Shown: piece after piece, positions 37,163 through 46,415 of the stretch | How the letters are laid out: each line of letters starts with the position of its first letter | Position numbering within the stretch: position 1 is the first letter of the stretch | NCBI GenBank assembly: GCA_040905715.1 | Contig: JBBDRA010000003.1 | Span: forward strand, 263,142 to 327,141 | Reading direction: 5' to 3' | DNA length: 64,000 nucleotides | DNA from: Minisyncoccota bacterium | GTDB lineage: Bacteria; Patescibacteriota; Minisyncoccia; Phycocordibacterales; CSBR16-193 | The notes under the pieces: model-generated | What the model saw: the letters and a program-made list of their open reading frames with translations, nothing else | The model's database searches: none | What the model was told of the DNA's origin: nothing | Made by a program: the position numbers and the translations under genes

Positions 37163-37372
37163 ATGCCTTTCGCAACTCCTGGAAGTATTCTTATAGTCGT
37201 AGGAATTATTCTTGTTCTGATCGGGTTAGGTGTTGCAGGCTGGCTTGGCCCCGTTGGTCGACTGCCGGGTGATATTTTAATAGAGCGTGAAGGGTTTCGT
37301 CTGTACTTTCCGATCGCAACGCTCATTTTGATCAGTGTCGTTGTCTCGCTTATACTTTGGATCATAAAATAA
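37163..37372 (+). CDS. DUF2905 small membrane protein
   Basis: 69 aa, two TM helices, LPGDILIEREGFRLYFP motif. Confidence 0.65.
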   Translation: MPFATPGSILIVVGIILVLIGLGVAGWLGPVGRLPGDILIEREGFRLYFPIATLILISVVVSLILWIIK

Positions 37373-37382
37373 CCCCTGGCAC

Positions 37383-37424
37383 TACGGTGTGCCAGGGGGG
37401 TACTTCTCTTTTTTCGTTTCTTCG
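37383..37424 (+). terminator. terminator after DUF2905 gene
   Basis: cccctggcac / gtgccagggg 10-bp stem. T6 tract begins 7 nt after the stem. Confidence 0.5.
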
Positions 37425-37539
37425 TCTTATTTTTCGCGTCGGGCAGCCTCCTTTCTTTTTACTGTCTGCCGTGTGAGATGGTAGCGAAAATACTAGCCAG
37501 ATGCAAACGTTCTCAACGTACAGCTCTCAGTCACTGGAG

Positions 37540-38721
37540 TTAGTGCTGAGTTATTTCCATGAGTCTCTTGAATTTTTCATCGCTTTCTTGTGTGCCCGGG
37601 GAGCCTGGTTTTATGCCGTAGCAACCACATCCTACGGCAAGATCGGCAATAAAATCTTCTGTTGTTTCAATGTAGTTATGATCTATGATACAGCGAAGGG
37701 ATGCATTGTGAGCGGATCGAATAACAGCCAACATGTCCGAAAGTGTGGGTGAATTATTTGGTGAAATAGAAACAGCGGAAATACCTTGCTCCTCCTGAGC
37801 TACTTGTAAAATATCACTATTACTTTCTAACACCTCTCCGCCTACGATATCGAGGTCTTCGTGTCGCTGTTTCATAATATGAAATTCATTGAATTCATCG
37901 GCAGTGAACGGATCCTCGACGGAGCTAACGTGAAATCTTTCAATTAGATGGTCGTAGTAGTCGTGTAATTGCTGTGCGGATAGACTCTGTTGGTCGAGAT
38001 GATACTTTCCGTCTTTGAAGAATTTGTTTGCATTAGCGTTAAGAGCGAGCTGTATTTTTACCTCGGGAAAGGCTTCTGCAACACCTTCCAAAATTAACTC
38101 TAACGCTTCCTGGTTGAATTCGATAGAGTGCGGTGAGTATGCGCCGTCGCTTCCGATAGGAAGGTCGTTTTCTTGAGTTTTGAGTCTGAGTACAGTTCCG
38201 AGGGCTGTTTTTATGTCACGTATAACTTTGTGTGAGCGTCTGACGTTATCTGTTTGTGGGATAATATAAAATGATTGAAAGGCGAGTGGAGATGCACCCT
38301 TACTACCCCCTGACACAAGACTTGAGTAGAGTAAGGGTATCGGTGATCCACCATTCGTTACTGAAATATTCCTGAGATGCTCATAAAGTGGAACATCGAG
38401 TACCTGGGCTGCGGTTTTTGCGGCCGCAATACTGATGCTGCTAAGGGCGGCGACAGTATCTGCAGAATTGTCTGTGGTACTTAAGACCTGCTTTAAAATA
38501 TCGTCCACTTCTTGTTGATGTGCAGCATCGATACCGGCGAGTGCGTTTGTTAGTTGTTCTTGGAGCTTGTTAGTTGTTTCGTTGTTGCTCGGAATGTCTT
38601 CTGCAGCTGCGGTCTGGTACATATTTGAACCTTCAGTCGTATGTATTGTCGCAGCAAGAATAGAAGATCCGTTGCTCGAGGTTTTTTGTAACTCAATTGT
38701 ATTTATGATGGCATTGCTCAT
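37540..38721 (-). CDS. enolase-superfamily protein, divergent; catalytic/metal residues appear substituted (possible pseudo-enolase)
   Basis: Clear enolase blocks: VPLYEHL, SVEDPF (SIEDPF), ..TEDFIADLAVG.. (ETEDxTIADLAVG), FFKDGKYHL. By-eye alignment places Ser/Lys at the GGEHA Glu, Asn at the AMDxAASE Asp, and SPNN in place of KxNQIG. Confidence 0.55.
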   Translation of the reverse strand: MSNAIINTIELQKTSSNGSSILAATIHTTEGSNMYQTAAAEDIPSNNETTNKLQEQLTNALAGIDAAHQQEVDDILKQVLSTTDNSADTVAALSSISIAAAKTAAQVLDVPLYEHLRNISVTNGGSPIPLLYSSLVSGGSKGASPLAFQSFYIIPQTDNVRRSHKVIRDIKTALGTVLRLKTQENDLPIGSDGAYSPHSIEFNQEALELILEGVAEAFPEVKIQLALNANANKFFKDGKYHLDQQSLSAQQLHDYYDHLIERFHVSSVEDPFTADEFNEFHIMKQRHEDLDIVGGEVLESNSDILQVAQEEQGISAVSISPNNSPTLSDMLAVIRSAHNASLRCIIDHNYIETTEDFIADLAVGCGCYGIKPGSPGTQESDEKFKRLMEITQH

Positions 38722-38833
38722 GATGTGTACATAGTATCACAGCAAAGACGTATCGGAATGAAGACTTGTTCACATATGGGTAATTTATTTAACCCTTTCG
38801 TGTCTTACAATAGAGTGAGATAAGAGTGACAAT

Positions 38834-39739
38834 ATGATTGATACTCACCCGGTACTTATTTTTGGAGGAGGTGAGATGGGGCAGGCGCTCACTCATCTTG
38901 TTAATGTGAACGAATCGCCAGACCAGGCGATCGTTTTTGATGTAAATAAAAATAGGTCAAAATGCAGTGCTGACGAATTGCGGGAGGTGCTGCCTAAAAG
39001 TCGGATCATTTTTATTTCGGTTCCGTCTCATGCGATCGAACATGTAACATCAGTAATAAATGAATTACGTAGCACTGATCAGCCGGTAGTGGCTCTTACG
39101 AAAGGAATGACCCGTGAAAGTGATCGATTCACCGGTGAGGTTCTTCGTGAGGAACTTGGCGAGAGCGTGGCGGTTCTTACGGGACCAATGCTCGCTGAAG
39201 AGATCAGCGGTGGCCTACCGACTCAGGCGCTGTGTGCCGGAAGCAAAGACGCGTATCAAGAGCTGAGAGATGTTTTGCCTTTGTCTCAATTTGAACTTGA
39301 ATACACTCCGGACATTATTGGTGCTTCTGTATGTGGTTTGCTTAAAAATATATACAGTATCGGATTCGGTATTGCTGACGGACTTGAGCTGGGCGGTAAT
39401 TTTCGAGGCTTGCTAGCGACGACGGCGTTGTCTGAGATGATGAGTATTGTGGAGCGTTTTGGAGGTGAGCGAGCGACCGCACTTACAGCTGCCGGAATCG
39501 GTGATCTGATCGCGACCGTATCGAGTTCATACTCAAACAATTATGCTGCCGGTCTTATGTTGGCACGCCGTGGGCATACTGACATTGTCAGTGAAGGTCG
39601 TTGTTCAATGAAGTCGTTTGCGCGTCGTTTTCCTGAGGAATCTTCTTTTGCCCTGCTTTCAAATGTAAAACGGATCATCCTAGAAGAGCAGTCAGTCGAT
39701 CACTTTCGTGACTATCTTATGCGTACTGCTCATGTCTGA
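38834..39739 (+). CDS. gpsA: NAD(P)H-dependent glycerol-3-phosphate dehydrogenase
   Basis: LIFGGGEMGQAL Rossmann motif, SVPSHAIEHV, LTKGM, LTGPMLAEEISGGLPT, and GLLKNIYSIGFGIADGLELGGN, closely parallel to GpsA blocks. Confidence 0.85.
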   Translation: MIDTHPVLIFGGGEMGQALTHLVNVNESPDQAIVFDVNKNRSKCSADELREVLPKSRIIFISVPSHAIEHVTSVINELRSTDQPVVALTKGMTRESDRFTGEVLREELGESVAVLTGPMLAEEISGGLPTQALCAGSKDAYQELRDVLPLSQFELEYTPDIIGASVCGLLKNIYSIGFGIADGLELGGNFRGLLATTALSEMMSIVERFGGERATALTAAGIGDLIATVSSSYSNNYAAGLMLARRGHTDIVSEGRCSMKSFARRFPEESSFALLSNVKRIILEEQSVDHFRDYLMRTAHV

Positions 39740-40913
39740 TCATATATTTCTTGTTCTTGATAGTGGGGTGAGCGAGGCTAAGGCGTATGTGTTCGATGCA
39801 CATGATTCGGTGTTGGGACGTGCGTATCAGCCCATCTCAAAGACACGACCGAACAGTGGGTGGGTTGAGCAAGATCCGGACGAATTGATCAGCGCGGCTC
39901 GTGCAGCGCTTTCTGTCGCTGTCGATCAAAGCAACGTGTCCCCGAATACCATTATTTCTATGGGTATAGCAAATCAACGGGAGACTGTTGTAGCGTGGGA
40001 CCTTGCTACAGGCGAGGCTTTAGCCCCGGCAATATTGGGGGATGACTCCCGTACGCAAGGGTGGTGTGAACAATTCTATGGGGATGTGGCGGATAGAATA
40101 CGAGAAAAAACAGGTCTGCTTGTACGCGCCACGTTTTCAGCATCAAAAATACGCTGGTTGCTGGATATGAACAGCGACGTTGTTAAAGCCGAAGAGGAAG
40201 GGAAATTGGCGGTCGGTACGGTTGATTCGTGGTTGCTGTTTAAACTTTCAGAGGAAGGTATGCATATGTGTGACATGACCAACGCTTCGCGCACCCTTCT
40301 GTACAATATTCATGGTCTTACTTGGGACCGTGAGCTTCTGGAATTATTCGGTATCGATCCGGAAATACTCCCATCGGTTCGATCATCTCGAGCACTGTAC
40401 GGCACTCTGAGATCTGATATATGTGGCTGTCCGGCTCCGATAGAAGTTATGTGTGGTGATCAACAGGCGAGCATGGCGGCAGCTGGTTTTACCTCGCATA
40501 TGACCAAGGTCTCCTATGGCTCAAAGACACATGTAATGCAGACGCTCGGGGATGAGTTTTTACTTGAAGACTCTTTTCTTACGACACTGACCCCGGATGC
40601 ACCGATCGGTTCAGTGCAGTATGCGCTTGAAGCAAGCATCTGTGACACTGGTGAAAAAGTAACAGACGCTCTTGGTCATGAAGAACAACTTAAAAAAGTG
40701 CTGGATGATATCGTACGGCAAGTAGATTCTTCTCTGTCAGACCTGCCGTACCCAACAGACACGCTGATCGTTGACGGCGGCATTACTCAGAATGATCATT
40801 TAATACGATTACAAGCAGATGTAACGGGCGCCGAGGTCGTTCGACAGCCGATCTATGACGGAGCTGCGCTTGGAGTAATGAGACTTCTTTCATCTATTCA
40901 CCATGGCGCTTGA
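39732..40913 (+). CDS. FGGY-family carbohydrate kinase, glycerol-kinase-like (shortened)
   Basis: LVLDSG...GWVEQDPDEL, GIANQRETVVAWD, VGTVDSWLLFKL, CDMTNASRTLLYNIHGLTWD, GDQQASM, VDGGITQND all match GlpK blocks. It is about 110 aa shorter than canonical GlpK. Overlaps the gpsA stop. Confidence 0.7.
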   Translation: MSDHIFLVLDSGVSEAKAYVFDAHDSVLGRAYQPISKTRPNSGWVEQDPDELISAARAALSVAVDQSNVSPNTIISMGIANQRETVVAWDLATGEALAPAILGDDSRTQGWCEQFYGDVADRIREKTGLLVRATFSASKIRWLLDMNSDVVKAEEEGKLAVGTVDSWLLFKLSEEGMHMCDMTNASRTLLYNIHGLTWDRELLELFGIDPEILPSVRSSRALYGTLRSDICGCPAPIEVMCGDQQASMAAAGFTSHMTKVSYGSKTHVMQTLGDEFLLEDSFLTTLTPDAPIGSVQYALEASICDTGEKVTDALGHEEQLKKVLDDIVRQVDSSLSDLPYPTDTLIVDGGITQNDHLIRLQADVTGAEVVRQPIYDGAALGVMRLLSSIHHGA

Positions 40914-41145
40914 ATGTAATTACAGCTATAAAGACCTCTACAAGGCTGCGTTTGGTAAAGAGCCAACGTTCGCTGATTTAAAAGTACTGAAGAATCTACC
41001 TTACCCGACTCGAGAGAGAGTGGTTCAAAACTGGATCGAGCGGGCTGGATGGATCAGTAAAACGGTGCACAGTGATGACGGCAAGTCCTATCGTATGTTC
41101 AAGCCACCAAGTGCTCTTGATGCTGATGATGAAGAGGTGTTGTAA
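40903..41145 (+). CDS. hypothetical small protein
   Basis: 80 aa ORF overlapping the glpK-like stop. No motifs. Confidence 0.3.
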   Translation: MALECNYSYKDLYKAAFGKEPTFADLKVLKNLPYPTRERVVQNWIERAGWISKTVHSDDGKSYRMFKPPSALDADDEEVL

Positions 41146-41382
41146 GAGATCGTGTTTGAAAGGGAATATATATAAAAACCCGCCGAGCTCTACCGTAATG
41201 GTGGCTCAAGGCGGGGTTAAAAGGGGATGTATTGCTACAGAATGGCAAGATCGTTTAGGTGATCTCAAACCGCTCTGCGTGTATCCCAAATGTGTGTGTT
41301 CAACTGATAGTAGTGTAGCAAATTGACAGCTTTTGTCAACTACTACTGACACAATATTTGGGTGCTTTCTTCTGTCTTTGAA

Positions 41383-41423
41383 TATAAAACCCCGATACGA
41401 GCTGGGCGTTGCTCGTATCGGGG
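41383..41423 (-). terminator. rho-independent terminator for minus-strand gene ending at 41444
   Basis: Perfect 13-bp stem ccccgatacgagc / gctcgtatcgggg. On the minus strand it is followed by TTTTATATT. Confidence 0.7.
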
Positions 41424-41443
41424 CGGAGGGGAAGAAACAGCCA

Positions 41444-41899
41444 CTAGTTAACAGTAGCTTGTGTGTGACGGTGCCGACGAGTGTTCTCAAAGACGACCGT
41501 TGCGTTGAGGGGGAGCTCGTAACGAATCGGCTCTTGGCCGGTTTGCAGTCGGCTGTTGTCGGTGCTTGCCACTTCAAGATAGAGGTCTTCATCGAAGTTA
41601 ATGCACACAACATTCGGGTGAGCGTTGATGTCTGCCCTCATTCGCTTTAGCGCATTGAGGCTGACAGTGCAGGCCGCGATCCCACCCTTGGCGCACTGAT
41701 CGATGAAGGCGGTAGTGAATGAAGTGCCGATGATGGCGATAACTCGTTTTTTTTGAAGTTTTTCGATGACATTCGACCATTCCTGGGGGGATCCGGAAGG
41801 TGGGAGTAGTAGGACCACTTCTTTCTCGTCCGTGTCCGGCAACTCCTCCTCAAGGCCATGATGCACATTAAAACCCAGTCCGCCGCATAGCGCACACAT
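41444..41899 (-). CDS. hypothetical protein with N-terminal CxxC
   Basis: 151 aa, MCALCGG N-terminus. Followed by a perfect 13-bp stem terminator. No family recognised. Confidence 0.4.
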   Translation of the reverse strand: MCALCGGLGFNVHHGLEEELPDTDEKEVVLLLPPSGSPQEWSNVIEKLQKKRVIAIIGTSFTTAFIDQCAKGGIAACTVSLNALKRMRADINAHPNVVCINFDEDLYLEVASTDNSRLQTGQEPIRYELPLNATVVFENTRRHRHTQATVN

Positions 41900-42016
41900 C
41901 TGCTTCTCCTTTGCGTAAGAACCATATAAATCCGTTTCTGTCTATACAATAGACCTTTGTGCATAAATTGCAAGCTGTGGACAATATATTTTGACACTAC
42001 AACAGCAGGTAACATA

Positions 42017-43342
42017 CTAGCCCCAAAACCACGAAAGAAGAACGAGAGCAAGCGCGATGAGCGGCAGGTAGCGAACTGACGTAATGACCCACCAAGCAGT
42101 TTTACGCCACGGAGTACCTAGATTATCAACAAGAGTTGCTCGTGGAAGTAGCCACGTAATAAGCGCCCCACCGACGATCGCTGAGGCAACCACGATCTGG
42201 TTAGCGGCAAAGAGATCAAGAACTTGTAGAAATGGTGTGCCGCCGACAGTTAGCTCAAGCGGTGAAAAACTTAGGGCTGCGAGTGTGCCAAGAGGGAACA
42301 CCAGAAGAAAAGAAATAAATACAGCTTTCCAATCGCTTAGGCGCCACTCCTCTTTGAACGCTGTCTTTACAACCTCCATCCCCGCAACACATGAACTAAA
42401 GGCGGCTAAGAAAAATAACCAGAAAAATAGAATAGCCAAAGTTGCTCCGTACGGCACAAAATCAAATGCATAAGGCAGCGCCTCAAATGCGAGGCGTGTT
42501 CCTTCGTCGGGATTGAGACCAACAGTGAATACCAGCGGAAAGAGCATTAGACCGGCCACGATCGCAAAGGAGGTCTCGACGATGGTGACAAAAAAGGTGG
42601 CCCGTGGAATGTTCGTCTTTTGAGGAAGGAAACTTCCGTACGTGATCAAGTATCCTTGACCGACAGCAAGAGAGTAAAAAGCTTGCCCGAACGCAAGCAG
42701 CCAAAGCGATGGCTGTGCGAATGAGGCAAGGTCAGGATTAAATAAAAATAAAACTGCTTCGCCGGCTCCCGGTAGGGTTAAACTGTACGCTGTGAGTACG
42801 AATACAATGATCGCTAAAAGCGGCATAAGAAGCTTTGCAAAGATCTCGATCGCTCGTACACCCACAATAACAATGAGAGCAGTCAGACCCGAAACGATCA
42901 TAAAGTAATGCAGAGAGTCGTAGCCTGAGAGAAATTCAGAGAACGGTTTAATGCCGGTTGTTGAGCTCCCGATCGCGTAAGCGAGTGTCCAGCCGGTAAT
43001 TACGATGTAGTAGCTCATAATGATAATAGTCAGACCTACAACGAGCCATCCAAACCAGCCAGCCGGCCGTAGGATCCTGCGAAAAGTACGCACCGGAGAT
43101 CCGCGCTGAAGCCGACCGGCCGAAAGCTCCAGCATCATAAGAGGCGTTCCAAGAAAAATAACCGCAATAAGGTATGCGATAACAAAGGCAGCGCCGCCGT
43201 TCTCACCTGCTAGGTAGGGGAAGCGCCAGATGTTACCCAGTCCAACAGCGGCAGCAATGGTGGCGTACACAAATGCACGCTCAGAACTCCACTGCACTCG
43301 GTGTTCACCAAACACATTTCGTAAGGATTGAAATAGATTCAT
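42017..43342 (-). CDS. neurotransmitter:sodium symporter (NSS/SLC6, LeuT-like) family transporter
   Basis: GLGNIWRFPYLAGENGGAAFVIAYL in TM1 is the NSS signature. 11-12 TM helices. Confidence 0.85.
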   Translation of the reverse strand: MNLFQSLRNVFGEHRVQWSSERAFVYATIAAAVGLGNIWRFPYLAGENGGAAFVIAYLIAVIFLGTPLMMLELSAGRLQRGSPVRTFRRILRPAGWFGWLVVGLTIIIMSYYIVITGWTLAYAIGSSTTGIKPFSEFLSGYDSLHYFMIVSGLTALIVIVGVRAIEIFAKLLMPLLAIIVFVLTAYSLTLPGAGEAVLFLFNPDLASFAQPSLWLLAFGQAFYSLAVGQGYLITYGSFLPQKTNIPRATFFVTIVETSFAIVAGLMLFPLVFTVGLNPDEGTRLAFEALPYAFDFVPYGATLAILFFWLFFLAAFSSCVAGMEVVKTAFKEEWRLSDWKAVFISFLLVFPLGTLAALSFSPLELTVGGTPFLQVLDLFAANQIVVASAIVGGALITWLLPRATLVDNLGTPWRKTAWWVITSVRYLPLIALALVLLSWFWG

Positions 43343-43458
43343 GAAGTGTTGGCTAACTATACGTTAGTTAAAAAAGTATATCACGATGAATTATATGAGT
43401 GTTTACTCATATCTTATTTATCCACACATTGTTATTGTAATAAAAGTAATGTGTTGCG

Positions 43459-43467
43459 TGTTATAAT
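43459..43467 (+). promoter_or_regulatory. extended -10 element TGtTATAAT upstream of the H1-like gene
   Basis: TG at 43459-43460, TATAAT at 43462-43467. No good -35. The leader to ATG 43632 would be ~160 nt. Confidence 0.3.
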
Positions 43468-43631
43468 TAGTAGCAAGAAAACGCCACAAGAGAAGACGAC
43501 GTTTTCGGGCCATTACGAATCTTCTGCTGCCAGCACACTCATGGATACAACGAAGTGCGGTCGACTGCAGAAGAACGCGCACCTGTTTGTCCGATTGTGG
43601 GCAGGCACGGCGCAATTAACCACAGTTCCTT

Positions 43632-43868
43632 ATGCCAGCAAAAAAGAAATCAACTTCAAAGCGCAAGAGCGCTGCTCGAAAGTCGAGCGCGCGTAAGACG
43701 TCGGCAAAACGAAAGCCGGCAAAGAAGAAGTCAACGGCACGAAAAACAACAGCGAAGCGAAAGCCTGCAAAGAAGAAAGCAGCTGCAAAACGAAAACCAG
43801 CTAAGAAAAAGTCGACCGCAAAAAGAAAAACAGCTCGCAAGAAGACAAGTACACGAAGAAAGCGATAG
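43632..43868 (+). CDS. lysine/alanine-rich histone H1-like nucleoid protein (Hc2/AlgP-type tail) built from AKRKPAKKK repeats
   Basis: 78 aa, about 45 percent Lys/Arg. Three tandem AKRKPAKKK(S/A)(T/A) units. An extended -10 (TGtTATAAT) lies upstream and a hairpin terminator downstream. Confidence 0.7.
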   Translation: MPAKKKSTSKRKSAARKSSARKTSAKRKPAKKKSTARKTTAKRKPAKKKAAAKRKPAKKKSTAKRKTARKKTSTRRKR

Positions 43869-43887
43869 GTGACATTTTCTCACGCTT

Positions 43888-43923
43888 AGAAAAATCACTC
43901 ACAGTACTGTGGGTGATTTTTCT
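43888..43923. terminator. bidirectional terminator between H1-like gene and ATP-grasp gene
   Basis: AAAAA-atcactcacag-ta-ctgtgggtgat-TTTTT (one G-U pair). Confidence 0.65.
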
Positions 43924-43998
43924 GTATTGACTCTCACACTACCTTCAGCTTAGATGTGTTGTGTGGTTGGGGTTGTAGGTCGTAGCAGGTGGTGTAAA

Positions 43999-44904
43999 TT
44001 AGTTTTCAGAACCTGAGACATGTGACAGCGAAGCATTCGCAGCTGTTTTTGATACGGCGTACTCTAATAGTAACTTTGCTATATTTTTGTTGGTATATGT
44101 TTCAAACATGTGAAATTGGGGAGAAGTGTTCACTTCAAGAACATACCATGTTCCGTTGTAATGCGTAAGGTCTATTCCTGCTATTTCTATGTTTTGGTAC
44201 TGTGCTGCGCGCTCACAGATGCTGATCGCTTCATCAGGAAGAGGAAGATGGTCTTTGTGATTACCCGGTCGATTCATTCTGAATTCTCCGTCATCTCTCG
44301 TGCGCCGGTATGAGTCTATGTACTGACCGTTAATAACGATGGCACGAATATCGTGGTCTACCGGGAGATATTCTTGGAGAATAACTCGTGGCCCGAGTTT
44401 GTCATATGCTTGACAGAGTGACGCAGCATTTTCTACTAAAATAACGTTGCGCCCCATGCTTCCGATCGTGGATTTCATAACCACAGGAAAGACAAGGGTA
44501 GGCGTGACGCTCTCGAGTGCTTGTGCGTTCTGGATCATAAGATAATTCGGCATCGGTATCGTGTGGTCAGCCGCACGTAAGAATAGCTTGTCCATGCTAA
44601 TCGATCCGTTCGCTGTGTTTTCCTCTATGATAGTCGCGCCGTGTCGCTGTAGATATTTTGCGATAACCATAACCTCGTTGTCAGCATCGCCGATCCCTCT
44701 AAAAATATAACAGTCGCTGTTAGTAACGTTTCGTCCGTTAGCATCAAAGAGACCGAACACATTGTTCTGTTCGCTCAGTATCAAAGACGAAACGGAAACA
44801 GCTTCAAATGTCACGCCAAGTTTCTCTGCCTCTTCTGCTAGTCGCTGTACGTCGTGTCCGGTAGGGTTGCCGATCAAGGTAATGTTCATAGTGTCATTAT
44901 ACAA
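43999..44904 (-). CDS. ATP-grasp ligase, RimK/GshB-like
   Basis: VILQEYLPVDHDIRAIVINGQ.., FRMNRPGNHKDHLP, WYVLEVNTSPQF are ATP-grasp motifs. Confidence 0.7.
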   Translation of the reverse strand: MYNDTMNITLIGNPTGHDVQRLAEEAEKLGVTFEAVSVSSLILSEQNNVFGLFDANGRNVTNSDCYIFRGIGDADNEVMVIAKYLQRHGATIIEENTANGSISMDKLFLRAADHTIPMPNYLMIQNAQALESVTPTLVFPVVMKSTIGSMGRNVILVENAASLCQAYDKLGPRVILQEYLPVDHDIRAIVINGQYIDSYRRTRDDGEFRMNRPGNHKDHLPLPDEAISICERAAQYQNIEIAGIDLTHYNGTWYVLEVNTSPQFHMFETYTNKNIAKLLLEYAVSKTAANASLSHVSGSEN

Positions 44905-44962
44905 ATCATATACAGTTAGGCGAATACAAAGGCGGTATATGTCAGTATGCTAGTATTAGGAT

Positions 44963-45376
44963 GTGAATAAGAGAGAATACATAGCACGCGGAATTATCTG
45001 TAGAAGAGATGAGATACTTTTGTGTAAAAATGTAGATCACGGACATCTTTACTTACCCGGTGGTCATGTTGAAGATGGTGAGTCCTCACAAGAGGCGTTG
45101 AAAAGGGAGATGCGAGAGGAGTCCGGCCGGGAAGTTATCGCAACAAGATTTGTGACAACCTTTGAAAACGAGTTCACGCAAAACGGCAGAGAGATACAGG
45201 AGCGGTGTGATGTATATTTGGCGCAGCTTGATATCGTTGAGGCTGTTCATAGTAAAGAGAAGCATATTGGCTTTCAGTGGATCTCTTTGGACCAGCTACA
45301 AACAGTACGTTTTTTGCCCGAGAAGATCTTGCTGACAGTTTTAGATATAATTCAAGCGAATAGATCTTTTTGGTAG
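44963..45376 (+). CDS. NUDIX hydrolase
   Basis: Nudix box GGHVEDGESSQEALKREMREESG. Confidence 0.85.
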   Translation: MNKREYIARGIICRRDEILLCKNVDHGHLYLPGGHVEDGESSQEALKREMREESGREVIATRFVTTFENEFTQNGREIQERCDVYLAQLDIVEAVHSKEKHIGFQWISLDQLQTVRFLPEKILLTVLDIIQANRSFW

Positions 45377-45457
45377 TGCAGTATCTTCTCTGGTATTTGT
45401 GTTAGAATATTGCTTAATTGTCAGGTTCTTTATTAATTACTTAATTCCTTATATATA

Positions 45458-46372
45458 ATGAAACAATTTATCGTAATACTAGTGATCGTTCTGATAGCTT
45501 TGGGTGTATTCGGTTGGACGCAGGGTTGGTTTAACAGTGATCTCACTACTGAACCTGATACCGAGCAAGATGGTGAAAATGATGAGAACTCAACAGGCAC
45601 AACAACCGATAAGGAAGATGGAGTTGGACTGGATGAAGATGGTGGAGTCATCGGTTCGTCTGCGGGTGATCGTGACATTATGGCGTATCAGTACGGCGAT
45701 GGTTCTACGGAACTACTCTTTGTGGGTGGTGTTCATGGTGGATATAGCGCAAATACCGCACTGGTCGCGTTCGAGGTAATGGATTGGCTGGAAGAGAATC
45801 CGAATGTTATTCCGGAGAATGTGAAGGTAACTGTTATCCCTGTCTTGAATCCGGACGGACTGAACGAAGTTGTTGGTACAACGGGTCGGTTCTCAGTGTC
45901 TGATATTCCGTCTGGAGATCGATCAGCCGGTCGGTTTAACGCAAACAATGTAGATTTGAATCGTAACTTCGATTGTAACTGGCAGTCTACCGGCACATGG
46001 CAAAGTCAGGAAGTTGATGCCGGAGACAGCGTATTCTCTGAACCGGAAAGTCAGGCACTTCGAGACTATATTCGTTCAAACGAACCTGACGCAGCGGTCG
46101 TATTCTTTAGTGCGGCGGGTGAGGTAGTTGCTTCAAGCTGTAACAACGATTCACTCCCGGAAACACAGCAGATGGTCAGTACCTACGCTAATGCGTCCGG
46201 GTACACCGCACAGGAAACGTTCGGATACTATGACATTACCGGAGACGCGGTTGATTGGATGGCTAAGCAAGGTATCCCGGCTATTAGTGTAGTGCTTGGA
46301 TCACATAATTCAGCTGAATGGAGCAAGAATAGAGCGGGTATTGAGGCATTGTTTGAGCGGTACGAAAACTAG
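45458..46372 (+). CDS. M14-like zinc carboxypeptidase / gamma-D-glutamyl peptidase-like, membrane anchored (paralog 1)
   Basis: N-terminal TM. GGVHGGY.., NPDGLN, and the M14 block GRFNANNVDLNRNFDCNW. Tandem paralog of the next gene. Confidence 0.6.
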   Translation: MKQFIVILVIVLIALGVFGWTQGWFNSDLTTEPDTEQDGENDENSTGTTTDKEDGVGLDEDGGVIGSSAGDRDIMAYQYGDGSTELLFVGGVHGGYSANTALVAFEVMDWLEENPNVIPENVKVTVIPVLNPDGLNEVVGTTGRFSVSDIPSGDRSAGRFNANNVDLNRNFDCNWQSTGTWQSQEVDAGDSVFSEPESQALRDYIRSNEPDAAVVFFSAAGEVVASSCNNDSLPETQQMVSTYANASGYTAQETFGYYDITGDAVDWMAKQGIPAISVVLGSHNSAEWSKNRAGIEALFERYEN

Positions 46373-46415
46373 CAACGCACTGTAAGCCATAAGAAATAAA
46401 TCGGAATCTATAAAA

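Noticed and set aside
41206-41613. 135-aa minus-strand ORF spanning the intergenic region and terminator at 41383-41423
   Set aside because: It runs through a strong terminator hairpin and into the end of the neighbouring gene. Composition is S/T/P-rich low complexity. Judged non-coding.
43346-43872. Alternative reading frames over the H1-like repeat (43346-43696 +, 43555-43872 +, 43616-43840 -)
   Set aside because: Repeat DNA gives open frames in several phases. The 43632 frame yields the classical K/A/P-rich AKRKPAKKK units and is bounded by a promoter-like element and a terminator. The others give Q/R/S or F/A/G low complexity with starts inside the promoter region. Frame choice remains an inference.
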